DNA of 64,000 nucleotides from Paraspadella gotoi (Eukaryota; Animalia; Chaetognatha), in contig CM119270.1 in the NCBI GenBank assembly GCA_051294375.1, forward strand, positions 2,170,388 to 2,234,387. Reading direction: 5' to 3'. Position 1 is the first letter of the stretch; every line of letters starts with the position of its first letter. A program made the translations under genes and the position numbers. The notes beneath the pieces were generated by a model. That model was not told the origin of the DNA. It worked only from the letters and a program-made list of their open reading frames with translations, and searched no databases. Of this stretch, positions 26,253-39,472 are shown piece by piece.

Positions 26253-28170
26253 GGTTTTTTCCTTCAAGAATTATGTTTTTACAGACGAAAACTATAAATA
26301 CGAAAACAAATGGGAACTCAACCCAAGTTTGAGTGAACAATGTCAAGTTAACTTAGTACTCCAAAAATAACTGACGGACGGACGGACAGACCGACATTGC
26401 AACTAATTTAGTAACGTCGTTCGCGCGTCCAAAAAATAATTTTAATCAATATTTAACTAAATATAATTACCTAAATTACTTACCATGTGGTTTCTTTTTT
26501 CTGTTTCAGTTTGTCACGAATGATCGTGAATCGTGATTCGGTTTCCTTCGTCGCATCTTTGATGTTCGCCGTTCACCCGATTCACGCCGAAGCGGTGAGT
26601 ACGAACTAATATAAATGGCACAAGTTATAATTAAGTTATTAGAATTAGTAATTAAATTCATTAATTAATTAACTGTTTTGGTTTCAACCCTTGAACCAAT
26701 TTTTTGTTCAACCTTTAACCTTTAACCTTTAAGCCTTTAAGCTTAATTCTAAACCTATGTTCTCCTTAATGATTAATATAATCATGCCTCTCACCGACTC
26801 GTCATACGGCATATGTCAAACTGCCAATCTTTTCGTTGGCACAATATTTTTTTTAGCATACATCATCATGGAACTTTTAGCTAAACTGTAAGCCAATCAA
26901 TCTATAAGCCAATAAATCTATAAGCCAATAAAACTCAATTAGCTATTTATTCACCTATTTTGATCTGAACTGTTTTCCAATTCTGATCTATTTTTGTATG
27001 TGCGTCACGATAATCATAGCCTCAGAATCGTCTCCTGCTGCCGATCTGTAAAGGGCCTATGCAACCATATATCAGTCCCTATCTGTAGGCATATCTTGAG
27101 ATACCTCTCAACCGTTCCGAAGGCCTGTGGATATAGCGCTAAGTGAGCTGTAGCGTGCTATCCGCAACTTCTTTAACTCCCTCTAGCAGCATTGTAACGG
27201 GTCCTGGGTTTTGAACCAGGCTTGAGGGTTTTCCACGCGCCTAAGGCGGTTTAAGGCCGCCCCCAGTCCTCACGCTTCCAGCAGGGTCACGAGTCACGAC
27301 TTATAGCAATGTCCGTCTACGGGGCCATTCAAACAAGCCTCTGAACCCAGCTGTAAGCCAATTCAAACACAACTATGAGCCGATCTGTAAGACAATTCAA
27401 ACATGTCTCTGAACGTATCTGTAAGCCAATTCAAAACATATCTCTAAGCCGATCCGCTCCAAAAAAAAGAAAGGAAAGAGAAAGAGGCGATATCTCTAGC
27501 ACCATATGGTCTATGGGTCCATTTGGGTTTCGGTCGACCGCGCTCCCTCACTTCAAAAACCGTTAATCTTTTGGGACAAAAATGTTTCCATCCAACCCAA
27601 CCACCCAACCACCACCCAGCCAACCAGCCCCACCCATGCCTCGCCTCTTTGCCGTTCGTTTCCCCAATCTGGTCCCCGGTGTCGTAGTTCCTCCGTCGTC
27701 ATCATTCCTATCGTCGTCGTCGTCAAGCCTATCGTCTTCTTCATCGTCATCGTCATCCTTCGTCGTCGTCATTCCTATCATCGTTGTTCTTGTCGATATC
27801 AGCTCTATAGTCGTCGTCATCCCTTTGTCATCTATTAATAGTCTTCGTTCTTTTTTTTCTTATACTGACGTCGTCGTCATTCCTATCGTCGTCGTCATAC
27901 CTATCGTCATTGTCATTCCTATCTTCGTCGTCGTCATCTCTAAGGTCGTCTATTAATAGTCTCCGTTCTTTTTTCTCTCGTTCTTAGGTAACAAATCAGT
28001 TTTCATCTTTACTGTCATCTTTTCCTCCTTTAAATTCTCATATTTCATTGTGACAACTTCATTCCATCTGTGGATCAGCGGAGAGAGAGAGAGAGAGAGA
28101 GAGAGAGNNNNNNNNNNNNNNNNNNNNNNNNNATGCAAAGAGATGAGAGAAACGTATGAACGCGACGACC
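24040..28170. repeat. Left arm of a ~4.1-kb inverted duplication (partner about 28833-33105)
   Basis: Colinear reverse-complement match throughout, e.g. 24181-24250 vs 32941-33020, 26510-26594 vs 30459-30546, and 28030-28080 vs 28930-28980. Confidence 0.92.
26510..26594 (+). CDS. TMTC-family protein O-mannosyltransferase (TMTC3-like), internal exon
   Basis: Acceptor TTTCTGTTTCAG and donor GTGAGT; translates LSRMIVNRDSVSFVASLMFAVHPIHAEA, matching the TMTC motif LLFAVHPIHTEAV. Confidence 0.88.
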
Positions 28171-28832
28171 GTCTTTGGCAGATTTAAATCAATAATCCTT
28201 CGATTCTGACATGCAAAAAAAAAAGGTTGATAATAGCAGAAGTTTCGTGATTAGAGATCGTGTTGAAATGAGAAATTTGGAGAAAATATCGGGTATATTT
28301 AGCAAATTCCTATGTTTCATAATGATGTCTCCTTTTTGCCAAAAATTGATTCAACATTGATGAACCTACTACTTTTTCGAGAAATGTGCACGTCTAATGT
28401 AAAAATGAGAACTTTATTTCCCAGTGGTTTTTCACTAAAGGTGCATCATCCAAATTCCTCCTAGATAAATTTAACAGGAACATACGTAATGTCAAAACAT
28501 TTGATCTCTATATTATATCAATTCAAATCGACTTTTTTCTTCTTCCTGTTTGTTTTTTTTCGCGATTAACAATATTCAAGCTTTTATCAGCTCCCTTTAG
28601 TTTTTTTTGCGTCCGGTTCTTTCTCGTCTCTATTGGATTAGCTAAAAATCCCGCACACCTTCCAAGCACACACGTGGAGCCTAAGTCCTCATAGTGGACC
28701 GGCCATCTTGCAAGTTAGAATTTATATTATGAATATCCTATTATGTTCCTTATGTTTATATCTCATTAATCCGCGCTAACCTTATCTCATGTTAAACCTG
28801 TTATATATGCTTACCAAACAGAAGAACAACAC

Positions 28833-30866
28833 CGCGTCGCGTTTCATGAACGTTATCTCTCTGCTCTCTCTTCTCTCTCTTCTCTCTTTCTCTCTCTCTC
28901 TCCTTTCCTCCTCTCTTTTCTCCTCTTCTCCCGCTGATCCACAAGATGAATAGTTGTCACAATGATATGAGAATTTAAGGGACGATGAGTAAGATGAAAA
29001 CTGATTTGGTTACCTATAGAACGGAGAAAAAAGAACGGAGACTATTAATAGACGACGTTAGGGATGCGACCGAGTTAGAGATGACGACGACGAGAACTAG
29101 GAATGACAATGCGATAGGGAGCGACGACGACAGTTGATGACGAGACGTCAGTAGAAGAAAAAAAAGACGAAGATTATTAATAGATTGAAAAGGGATGAGA
29201 CGATATAGAGAGATATCGACCAAGAACAAGATGATAGGAGAATGACGACGACGAAGATGACGATGACGATGAAGAAGACGATGGCTTGACATTCTCTGAC
29301 GGAGCGCCTAGGATTGATGACGACGGAGAAACAACGACCCGGGACTAGATGGGGAAACGAACGAAAGAGGCGAGGCATGGGTGGGGCTGTTTGGCTGTGT
29401 GTTGGGGTTGGTTGGGTGGTTGGGTTGGATGAAACGATTTTGCTCCCAAAAGATTACGGTTTGAAGTGAGAAGAGCGCGTGCGACGAACCCAAGTGTGTA
29501 CCCTGAGTAGACGCATAACTGGTGCAAGAGATATCGCTCGCTTTCTCTTCTTTACTTTTTTTTGGAGCGGATCGGGCTTAGAGATATGTTTTGAATCTGG
29601 CTTTCAGATACGTTCAGAGCATGTTTGATTGTCTTACAGTCGGCTCATAGTGTGTGTTGGAATTGGCTTACCAAGCTGGTTAGAGGCTTGTTTGAAATGG
29701 CCTGCCGGTGACGACATGTGCATATAGGTCGTGACTGTGACCGCTGCGTGGGCGGTGAGGCTGGGGGGGCTAACGCCTTTAAGAACGCGTGGAAAACCCC
29801 TAAGCTGGTCAAACCCAGGAAGCCCGTTACAATGCTGCGTAGAGGGAGATAAAGAAGTTGCGGATAGCACGCTACAGCTGCATTATGCGTCTATTATCCA
29901 TCAGCCTTCGGAATGGTGTTTGAGAGGTAGTTCAAGATATGCTACAGATAGGGACTGGGATATATGGTTTGCATGGTTTTAGAGATGGGCAGAGAGATCG
30001 GCTTCAAATATTTGACGCCATAAAATAGTCAGACTTGAAACAGTTCAGCAAATAGGTCGAATAAAGCTAATTGATTTATTGCCTATAGATTTTATTGGCT
30101 TATAGAATTGTTGGCTTACAGATTGTTAGGAACTAAAAGCTTCCATCTGATTGGTGGATGGTATGGCTAAAAAAATATTGTGCAACGGAAAATATTGCAG
30201 TTTGAACATATGCCGTATTGAGACGTCGTGTGAGAGGGCCATGATTAGTGATTAACTCATTACAGGGAACGAATAGGTTTAGAATGTGAACTTCAGGCTT
30301 AAAGGTTAAAGGTTAAAGGTAAGCAGTTAATAAGTTAAAGGTTAAAGGTTGGAACAATGATTGGTTCAGTGGTTGACCCAACAGTTAATTAATTATGATT
30401 TTATTGCCAATTCTAATAAGTTTATTATAACTGTCATATATAATTAGTTCGTACTCACCTGCTTTCGGCGTGAATCGGATGAACGCGAACATCAAGATGA
30501 GTGCAACGAAGGAAACGATACGATTAACGAATCATTCGTGACAGAACTTGAAACGAAAAAAGACCACATGGTAAGTATTAGGTAATTATATTTAGTTAAT
30601 ATTGATTAAATTATTTTTTGGACGCGCGACGACGTTACTAAATTAGTTGTCAATGTCGGTCTGTCCGTCCGTCCGTCAGTTTATTTTTGGGTGTATAAGT
30701 AACTTGACATTGTTTCTCTCACTCAACTTGGGTTTGAGTCTTGCCCATCTTTGTTTCCGTGATTTATAGTTTTGTCTGTAACATAATTCTGTGAAGAGGG
30801 AAAAACCGTTATTCTCTCTCTTCCTCTCGTCTCTTCTCTTCCTCTCTCGCTCGTCTCTCTTCTTCT

Positions 30867-30915
<49 letters not shown>

Positions 30916-33105
30916 GGTCTCTCTCCTTCTCCTTTCCTCAATATAGGCGATAAACATTACTCTTTCAGCCCCGCGGGCTTAACAAACGGCAATTTGGGAG
31001 AAGGAGACCCGGGCGTGGTGGGGTACTTCCTCTCTCGGCTGTTCATGGTACAGGCGTGCACTCTTACTCCGTCTCTGTTCCTAGGCCCAGCTCTTCGCGG
31101 GTGTTCCCGCCCCGCCTCTCACGCCCCCGACGTGCTCCCGCACTCGCCCTTCCCCTCTCCTCCTAGTTCTCTTCTCTCCTCTCTCTCTCTCTCTCCTCTC
31201 AATCTCTCTCTCTCTCTCTCTACTCTCTCTCGGTCTCTCTCTCTCCGCTCTACAATATTCAGCAACATAGTTTTTTGTTTGGCTTTACCAGCAGGTTAAT
31301 TAATCCTTATTTTTGGGACTCAGATGCCAAAAATCTGACGCTTTCTCTTTTTTTCTGCCTCATGAACTAAAGACTAAATGTCTAAAACTATAACAAATTA
31401 AAAAACGGGACATTTTAGTCTTTTTAAATATTTTGGTTTTGTGTTTTATTTGTTGTTTTGAAAATTTCTTTTAATCGTCGTTTTCTCTCTTGTCTTTTTT
31501 GATGGATTTTTGTTTATTTTGGCTTCGAAATAGTGATGCCGGCGCCTGCGTGCGATAACATGTTTCATACCCACGTGCAATCACGTGTAACGTATGAAGT
31601 GCAAATGATGTGATGCTTGGCGTCGCTATGACAATGCACAGTGCCGATAACTGCATTGCGTGTTAATCTCGCGGATGATATACTTGTAGACACGTACGTA
31701 GTCGAACGCAATCTCTGCAAAGTTTGCGAGAATTCTTTTCAGGGACAAACGCATCACCGCAAAATGATATGATTGTATCAAAACATGCGCGTATGTTAGC
31801 ATACACCTAGCTTTTTTAGAGTATCTTTTTGCGCTTGCGATCGATGCCCTCATGCGCATGCTGCCATCTGCACCGCGTTGGGTTTTCTCTCGGGATTTTT
31901 TCTCTTCTTTTTTTATGAATTCAGTTGAGTCGCAGTTTTATGGGTGCGATTTTCTCCTTGTTTCCCTCAATATTATTGAATAGACGAATAAGGCCCAACT
32001 CCGCAGCGGAAGACGGATTATGGAGGAATGAAGGGAGGAAAAAAAAGAAGAAAGAAAAGAAAAAGATTAGAAAAGGGAGGAAGAAGAAAGGAATGAAGAG
32101 AGGAAGAAAAAGACAAAAGGAAAGAAAAGAGGAGAGAAAAGATAAAAAAGAGAGAAAAAGGAGAAATCAGAATGAGAGAAAAGTAAAGATAAAAAAGGGA
32201 GGAAAATAGGAAATAAAAGGGAGAAAAGAAAAGAAGAAAAAATAAGAGCAAAGGATAAAAAAAGAGAAGCAGCAGATGCTTAATAGTAGAAAAAAGGTTA
32301 AAATGAAAGAAAGAAATACGCTTTAAAAAAATATATGTATATACACACCCTGATTCATATAAACAAATGGAGGTAACACACAATAAAAAGTTTAAAAAAG
32401 TTTAAAAAAATCCAGGCGGCCCTATGCAGTAAATAAGACGAAGGCGATTCTAAATTAAAACAAAACGACAACAACAATGAGCAATTGAGCATTGCAATGA
32501 AAAAGAAAGAAAAAAAGAGAAAAGGGAAAACTACAAGAAAAAAAATAACCACGTGACGGAAAACGAATCATAAATTTCATTTTTTTTAAAAACTTTGAAA
32601 CGGCTTTGCTTGGCAACGCAAGTGGTAAACAACCGATCTGCGTTGGGTTCTAAAATGTCCGTAAAAAACATTGTAGAATTTGTAGAGTTTTGTGCCAGGA
32701 GTAAGATTTACTGAAGATCATTTAAGCGGCAATTTACTAAAGCGGCATTTATGTCCTGTATTCATTAATTATGTCAAACAAGATTCAGAATTTTGGCTCG
32801 ATAAGGAGGATGATTATTGTTTGACAATGATTTTATTTTTTCGAATGAGAAGGATAACAGAGAGAGAGAGAGCAGAGAGAGACGAGAAAGAGAGAGAGAG
32901 AGAGAGAGAGAAGAGACGCAGAGAGAGAGAAGAATATAATTCTTAACAAAGCAAAAACACGGAGAATAATATAATGAAATTTTGTTTTTTCCCCGATTTG
33001 AACTCTCATAAAAAAAAAGAAAGAGGAAGCAAGGGGGAGAGGGGGGGGCGGAGAGAGAGAGAGAGGAGAGGACGAAGAGAGAGAGGAGAGAGAGAGAGAG
33101 AGAAG
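28833..33105. repeat. Right arm of the inverted duplication, indel-rich copy
   Basis: Reverse complement of 24040-28170 with dense 1-bp indels. Confidence 0.92.
30459..30546 (-). pseudogene. Frameshifted inverted copy of the TMTC FAVHPIH exon
   Basis: Reverse complement of 26510-26594 (including the ACTCAC donor) with several indels; may be an assembly duplicate. Confidence 0.6.
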
Positions 33106-33308
33106 GGTTCACTGCTCTCTTTTTCAATGTCCTTTTTAAAAAGAACTTTTTTCCCATTTTCATCCAAATTCTCATTTTCAACACGAATTTTCTTCTAATC
33201 ATCGACTTTTTTCTTCTTCTGTTCTGTTTTATTTTCCGATAACAATTTCAAGCTTTTATCAGCTCCCTTTAGTTTTTGCGCCGGTCTCTCTCTCTCTCTA
33301 TCTCTCTC

Positions 33309-33896
33309 ATGGATTTAGAACCCGCGAAACCTGTCCAGCCACAGGAGCTAAGTCCTTACCTGACGCCGATGCTTGGCAAGTAATATACCTATGTTTCCGT
33401 TAGTTTATTATTTTACCTAAACCCTTCTCTGTTACCTTTTATTATTGCTTACCAACAGAAAAGACATTCAGGACCTTAAACAATCCAGCTGTTTCACAAA
33501 CATAGCTTTACTTTATTTTGGAAGTTCCAAAAGATTGGAAATATTCTTTCTCAACCCAAATATGGAAAAATTATCGATTTATTAATTTTCCTTTTTATAT
33601 TTTATTATAATTGTTTAATTTTAACTTGCAATTAATTAATTAGTTATTGCTTTTGCCTGATATAGATATTGCAATTGCTGCTGGCAAAAGCAATGAATAT
33701 CTAATATGCTGTTGATACGATTTTATTAAGGTCCTTGATTTTATCCAAATCCATAACCAAGCAAAGTTGTTTATGACTAAACATTCTTAGACATCGGTCT
33801 CACAGTGTCTTGTCAAGTCTCGTGATCCTCAACTCCGCCTCGCAACTCGCCACGAACGTAAGGTAGCGCCCAAGTGAACCTCCGTGGCTATCTACA
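33309..33896 (+). repeat. 5' LTR
   Basis: ATGGATTTAG...CACGAACGTAAGGTAG...CTATCTACA; direct repeat of 38885-39472. The exact 5' base is uncertain. Confidence 0.88.
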
Positions 33897-33898
33897 TT

Positions 33899-33912
33899 TG
33901 ATGACCCCGACG
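33899..33912 (+). promoter_or_regulatory. Primer-binding site complementary to the tRNA-Trp 3' end
   Basis: TGATGACCCCGACG, 2 nt after the LTR; one mismatch from TGGTGACCCCGACG, the complement of the eukaryotic tRNA-Trp 3' end. Confidence 0.8.
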
Positions 33913-35099
33913 ACGAACTTTTTTCCCATAACCTTCCTGCGCAACCAACACGCCCAACTCAATGGCGATAACCGGCAGAAGACACGTTCAGATCCTTCTA
34001 GACTCGCCTCCACGAGCAACCACAAACGCCCCCGGCTCTTCAATTGGAAACAGAACGCGTTCTCCAAACGTCGACGCCAAGGGAACCCGAGGTCAATTTG
34101 GACCTCCCCGACTCAACGACGAGATTTTTGTCGGACCGCCAGCAGCGAGATGGCTACTGCCTCTACCTCCATGAGACAGAGGCACTCACGTTCGCGCCCT
34201 TGCAGCCGCCCTCAAGGACTCTGGAAAAAAAAGGGGAAGGGGGGGTGTGGGAAAACCGGAGGCTGCCGAATTTCGACCCAAGAAAGCATCGAAAAATATG
34301 GGATTCGCAGGGTCGAATCAGCCTATATCCGCCCGCTAACATTATAGAACCAAGGTGAAGAAATTTTGCTCACCTCGAGGCCAAAATCAGCGCCGATGCT
34401 GAGTATCCGCGTATCAACGCCTGTCCTTTACGGCGTAATCAACGGAAGTGAAGTGGAACTGAATTCCTCAAGTACCCCCGTACAGGGAATACGGAACGAC
34501 TCGTCCGACAGCAAGCCCTCGCCTCCTACTTGATGTTTGCTCGTCACGGTCCTCCGGCCCTCCACACCTTCGCCCGCTCGAAGAAAAGGTTCAAAGCCAT
34601 GACCGTGCGAGGACCGATCAAAAAAGAGACGGTGTGAGAGCTTACCAATCGAGTGAGACGCCAATCGAAGACAGATCGACCGAATTGGACGCGGCCCAAC
34701 TCTTCTGACAAGCCGCAGACAAATTTTTTGACCGCCGAGGCGCCCTAACCTCTCCGCGGCGCCATCAATCAACAATTAACGCCGCCATCCCTCGACGATC
34801 ACGCGATGATTGCGACGGAGTTTCCAATTGGCGAACCTGAAGTGCAACGCCGTACAAGGCCAAACGCCAAGACAGGACGCCGCCCACAGCCAATAACTGG
34901 CGCAGCAATGCCCCAAGTGGCCCATCGGCATTCTGCCCGTCGCCAACGCCCGCCTAGAAGCAAATTTGTCGTTTGCGACCAGCCTCCGCTGCGAACGTGG
35001 ATTGCGCCCTGCAAAGCGAGCGGCGTGAGAGGAGAGAGACGCCCGGGAAATGGCCGCCGCGGGCCAGCCAGCGTGAAGCGCTGCTGCCCCGCGCCAACT

Positions 35100-38000
35100 C
35101 AGATCACCCGGTACGACCACCTGCTTCAACGTAGGGACGCCAGCAACACCGGTCAACACATGGCTGGTGGATTGGCGGCGCCTCTCGTCCCACCCACCAC
35201 AGCCCAGAGAGAAGCAGGACCTTCGGGCCCGCACACTTCCCAAGCCGCCAACGGGCAGCCACAATCTCCCTGCTACGGCGTCGTCACCGAGGATTCGTCC
35301 TCGGCACCCGAGTTTTCCCTTTCGACGTCCTCGTGGCTGATGTTACGCAAAATATATTGGCGGCGGACTTTTTACAGAAATTTTACGCTGGCGGCCAAAA
35401 CCATCGCGACGGCACTCTTCTCGACTTGAAGGACCTTTCTCAAACAATCCCCTGCACTTGTCTCCAAGGAAAGTCCACCCTCTCATACTCAATTTTGTAC
35501 ACCAAAAAATTATAACGCATTTTATTAAACTCCTTGATCAGTACCCAAACCCTGTCAACGCCTACCTTCGAAACTCAAAGAACCCAAACACCGAGTTCTC
35601 CATCACATACCCACATATGGGCAGACCCTGTCAAGCGACCGCGCGGCGCGTCGACTCCCCCAGAAAAACTAGCGCGTTGCCAAGCCGAGCGTCGACAAAC
35701 TTGTTGCCCTTGGCATCCCCCAAAGAGCCAAGAGCTCCTTGGTCATCGCCACTTTTAAAGTGCGTACCCCAAAGCGATGGGGGATGGCGTTGTGCGGCCC
35801 GATTTTCCGGCGTTTGAACTCAAAAACAGAAAGATGACAGATATTCCAGTCAAACTTCTTGCAGACTTCCAAGTGCACGAATTGGCCGGCCCAAAGAAAG
35901 ATTCTTTTACCGAAGATAGATCTTCTCAAGGGATATCATCAGCATCCCGGTTTGCTGATGAAGACTGTCCAAAAACGGCTTGTAATCACCGCCTGTTTGA
36001 CTTTTTGTCTTCCTTAAGGAACCCCATTGCGTCTTGAAAAAATCGCTGGACAGGATTTCACGGATATGCGGACGAAATCCTTGGAGATGTGCCTCACAGA
36101 CATATGTGTATCTCAACGGACATCCTTGTCGCCCAAGCGAGACAGAGGAAGAGCACATCAAGGCATCGTCGACCCGCTGTCTTCAACTCTCTCGCCGAAA
36201 AACCGGATGGTAATCCAACAGAAAAAAATGCTACCCTCCGGCCAAAAATCCCTCCGAGTTCTCGCGTTACCTCATTAGGATTCAAACTGCGCCTCAAACC
36301 ACTCGCAAAAAAGTGGAGGCGATCCGCGCACAAATCCGCCAACCACAGTGAACGAACTCAGAAGTATTCACTCGGATTGGCTTAAACTAATTACCGAAGG
36401 TTCATTACCGAAGCAGCTCACCACGCCGCCAGCCTATACGACATTCTCGCTGGAAGCCAAAACAACTGAATTGGTCAGAAAAGTGCGCGGCGTCTTTTGT
36501 CGCCATCAAGGAGGCGCTCGCCGATGCCACTCTTTGCGCATCCACGTACTAACGCCCAATTGCCCTCACCACTGACGCCTCAGACATTGCCGTCTGGCGC
36601 CGTCCTAGCAACGCCGACGCCAGAAGGATGGAGCCGTTAGCATTTCTTTTCGGCAAAATTGATGAAAGCACAAACGACGTTTGGCCGCCTTTGACAGGGA
36701 GCTCTACGGAGCGTTCCGGCAGTGCCGTCACCTTCGCGCCATTGCGTTGGAAGGCAGAGCTTTACTCTGTACACACGACACCAATCGTTGATCCATGCCC
36801 TCACCAAGCGCACTGAACCCCAAATCCACCCGTCACCAATTTCAAATTGTCGGTGACTCAGAGTTCACACTGACATAACCACATTCGCGGCAAGGCCATA
36901 TGGGGTCGCAGACGCCTTGTTTCAAGGCCGAACCCTCCTGCCCAATCGCCAGCCGGTAGATCGCCCAGTGCCCGAGAAAAGTTCAAGACCTGTACAGCAC
37001 CATCAACTCCATTTGGTCATGAAGGCGTTCGACTTGGAAAGAGATGCCCGCCATCAAGCCCCTCGACCGGACTTCCAGCGGCTCTCCAATGATGCTAGGA
37101 CGGGCCCTCCAATTCCGCAATCACGGTCGGCGAGCAGCAATTACTCGTCGATGTCTCCAACGCGCCCCAGCGAGACCCTTTTGTGCATGAGTCAAATTGG
37201 CCCGAAAAAAAATTTGCGACGCCATCCACGGCCTCGGCATCCAGGGTCGCACCGAACACCGCAAAGACATCGCCTCAAAATGTTTGGCATCCTGCAAAGG
37301 CCGACCGCGACCCGCTGCGTTCCGAGAAATGCGTCCCTTGTCAACAGGCAACGTTACCCCGCCAACGTCTATTCCAACATCGGGCGATTTGCCAAAAGTG
37401 CCCGGCGAAACGTTGTTTTCTCACCCTCAATGATCACATCACCGCTGATGCCGATTTCAAATGGTTTATGCTCCCTTTGACGATCGTCGACAGGTTTACG
37501 CAGGTGGCCACCCCGCAATTTCCCAGATGACTGACATGACAAAAATCCACCTCCGTTGTCGACGCCCTACCCCATGGCTGGAATCGACACATAACGGAAA
37601 TCCAGCGGACATAACCACCTTGATCGCGGCGCCCCCCAAGTGAGTTCAACCATCTGGACCCAGCATAGCGCAGAAATGGCGATTAAGCCATCACAAAACG
37701 GCGCTTACCCATTCCCCAATCAGATGGATCAGTCGAAACGTTTCCACCGCAGGATTAAAAGGAGCGTTGATTGCGCTGGCGACAAAACCGCATCCAATGG
37801 TTCTGAAAATTGCCCTCAGCACTCCTCGCTATCCGTACTACAATTAAAAACCGGATGGGGCGCGTCTCCCGCGGAGCTCGTTTTCGCGCGAAATGGCCTA
37901 GCAGTGCCTGGAGACCCTACTTCCGCCTCACTTGATTGACAACAACCTTCAAGAACCAGCGTGGTCAACTCAGAAACAATCTGCTCGCGTCGAAGTGAGC

Positions 38001-38230
38001 GTTTTGCTGCCCACCGAAACGTCAACCCACCGGAACCCCCAATCTCTACCTTCCCGAAACCTCGCCCCGACACCACTTACGTGTTTGTCCAACGTCGGCG
38101 TGAGTCAAACCACATTGCCTCACGCGCCTTACCTTGCCCGTACAAGTTATATCACGTTGACAATTTAAACTTTAGAGTTGAAATACCAGGACGGCGGACG
38201 TCGAAACACCATCGCCATCTCCTCGATTAA
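35100..38230 (+). pseudogene. Frameshifted gypsy pol (protease, RT, RNase H, integrase)
   Basis: Fragments across frames: AANGQ and ADVTQNILAADFL (protease); PWSSPL..VP..DGGWR, KIDLLKGYHQ, EDCPKTA and VYL.DILVA (RT); LTTDASDIAV, EPLAF, FDREL and HIRGK..VADAL (RNase H); IHGL, CVPCQ, LTIVDRFT, RFHR and GASPAELVF (integrase). Confidence 0.88.
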
Positions 38231-38877
38231 ACCGGCAACGTTATGGCGCGCATGAGGAAGGAGAAGAAAGAAGTTTCTCAACAACCATCGTTCCTCCACC
38301 CTCTCCCCTCCACCCCCGGGTCGACGCCCAGTCCTGCGGACGCTCCAGCCTGCGCCAAGCCGATCGCTCAAACACGTTCTACAACTCGCCCGTCAGCAAA
38401 CGCGTCACCAACCCTTCAAAGACAGTGAATGACGACGACGAGATGACGACAACAACTCCACGGAAACTCAGGCGTCACTTTCAGGTTCACGCCCATTCCG
38501 ATACAAGGCGACAGAACCAACCAAAAATAACGAAGCGCCTTCCCACAGCCCGCGAATCTCTCAACCATCTTCTACCTTCGCCCCGCACCTCCCACCTCCC
38601 CGGCGGAAAGGTTCAACCGCAGCCACGCAACCCACGTGTGGAAGCGTTATCTTGCGCCCCAGGCCACAAATCGCCCCAACTATAATGCAGTATTAAAACT
38701 TTTGCTCGAGCAAAGCTGTGAGCCCCATCTTTTTTTAAAAAAACATTCATTCAACTGAATCTTAACAATTTCATACTATATTTAATACTATATTTCAATT
38801 TAAACTTCGTATTCTAATCCCTTACCTGGCACTTAAGCCCCCAAAACGTGTTCCGTAAAACAGCAGTGTTTCCGTCT

Positions 38878-38883
38878 GGGGGA
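38878..38883 (+). promoter_or_regulatory. Short polypurine tract
   Basis: GGGGGA immediately 5' of the 3' LTR. Confidence 0.55.
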
Positions 38884-38884
38884 T

Positions 38885-39472
38885 ATGGATTTAGGACCGA
38901 ACCTTCCAGCCCACAAGCTAAGCCTTACCTGGACCGCCATCTTCGGCAAGAATATACCCCTATGTTTCCGTTAGTTTATATTATTACCTAAACCTTTCTC
39001 TGTTGACCCCTATTTATTATTGCCTTACCAACAGGCAAAGAACATCAGGACCTTAAACCCAAGATCAGACTGTTTCACCAAGCATTACTTATTTGAATTC
39101 CAAAAGCATTTGAAATATTCTTCGTCAACCCAAAATATGGGAAAATATTGATTATTAATTCTTTTAATTTATTATAATTGCTTTAATTAATTTGATAGAT
39201 AATTAGTTATTGCTTTTGCCTTGATATAGGATATTGCAATGCTTGCTGGCTAAAAGCAATTGGAATACTCTATATGCTCTTATGATTATTTTATTAAGGA
39301 TCCTTGATTTTATCCATCTAACCAAAGCAAGTTGTTTATGAACTAAACAATCTTAGACATCGTCTCAAAGTTGTGTCTTGTCAATCTCGTGCACTCCCTC
39401 AACTCGCTCGCCAACTCCCCACGAACGTAAGGTAGCCCCCAAGTTTGGAACCTCCGTGCGCCCCTATCTACA
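38885..39472 (+). repeat. 3' LTR
   Basis: Direct repeat of 33309-33896, ending CTATCTACA. Confidence 0.88.

Larger units (their letters stand above)
33309..39472 (+). mobile_element. Ty3/gypsy LTR retrotransposon, full length, frameshifted (CsRn1/Kabuki-like by PBS)
   Basis: Two ~590-bp direct LTRs ending ...CTATCTACA, a PBS, a PPT, and pol fragments in the order PR-RT-RNaseH-IN. Inserted into a CT-rich tract inside a TMTC intron. Confidence 0.92.
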
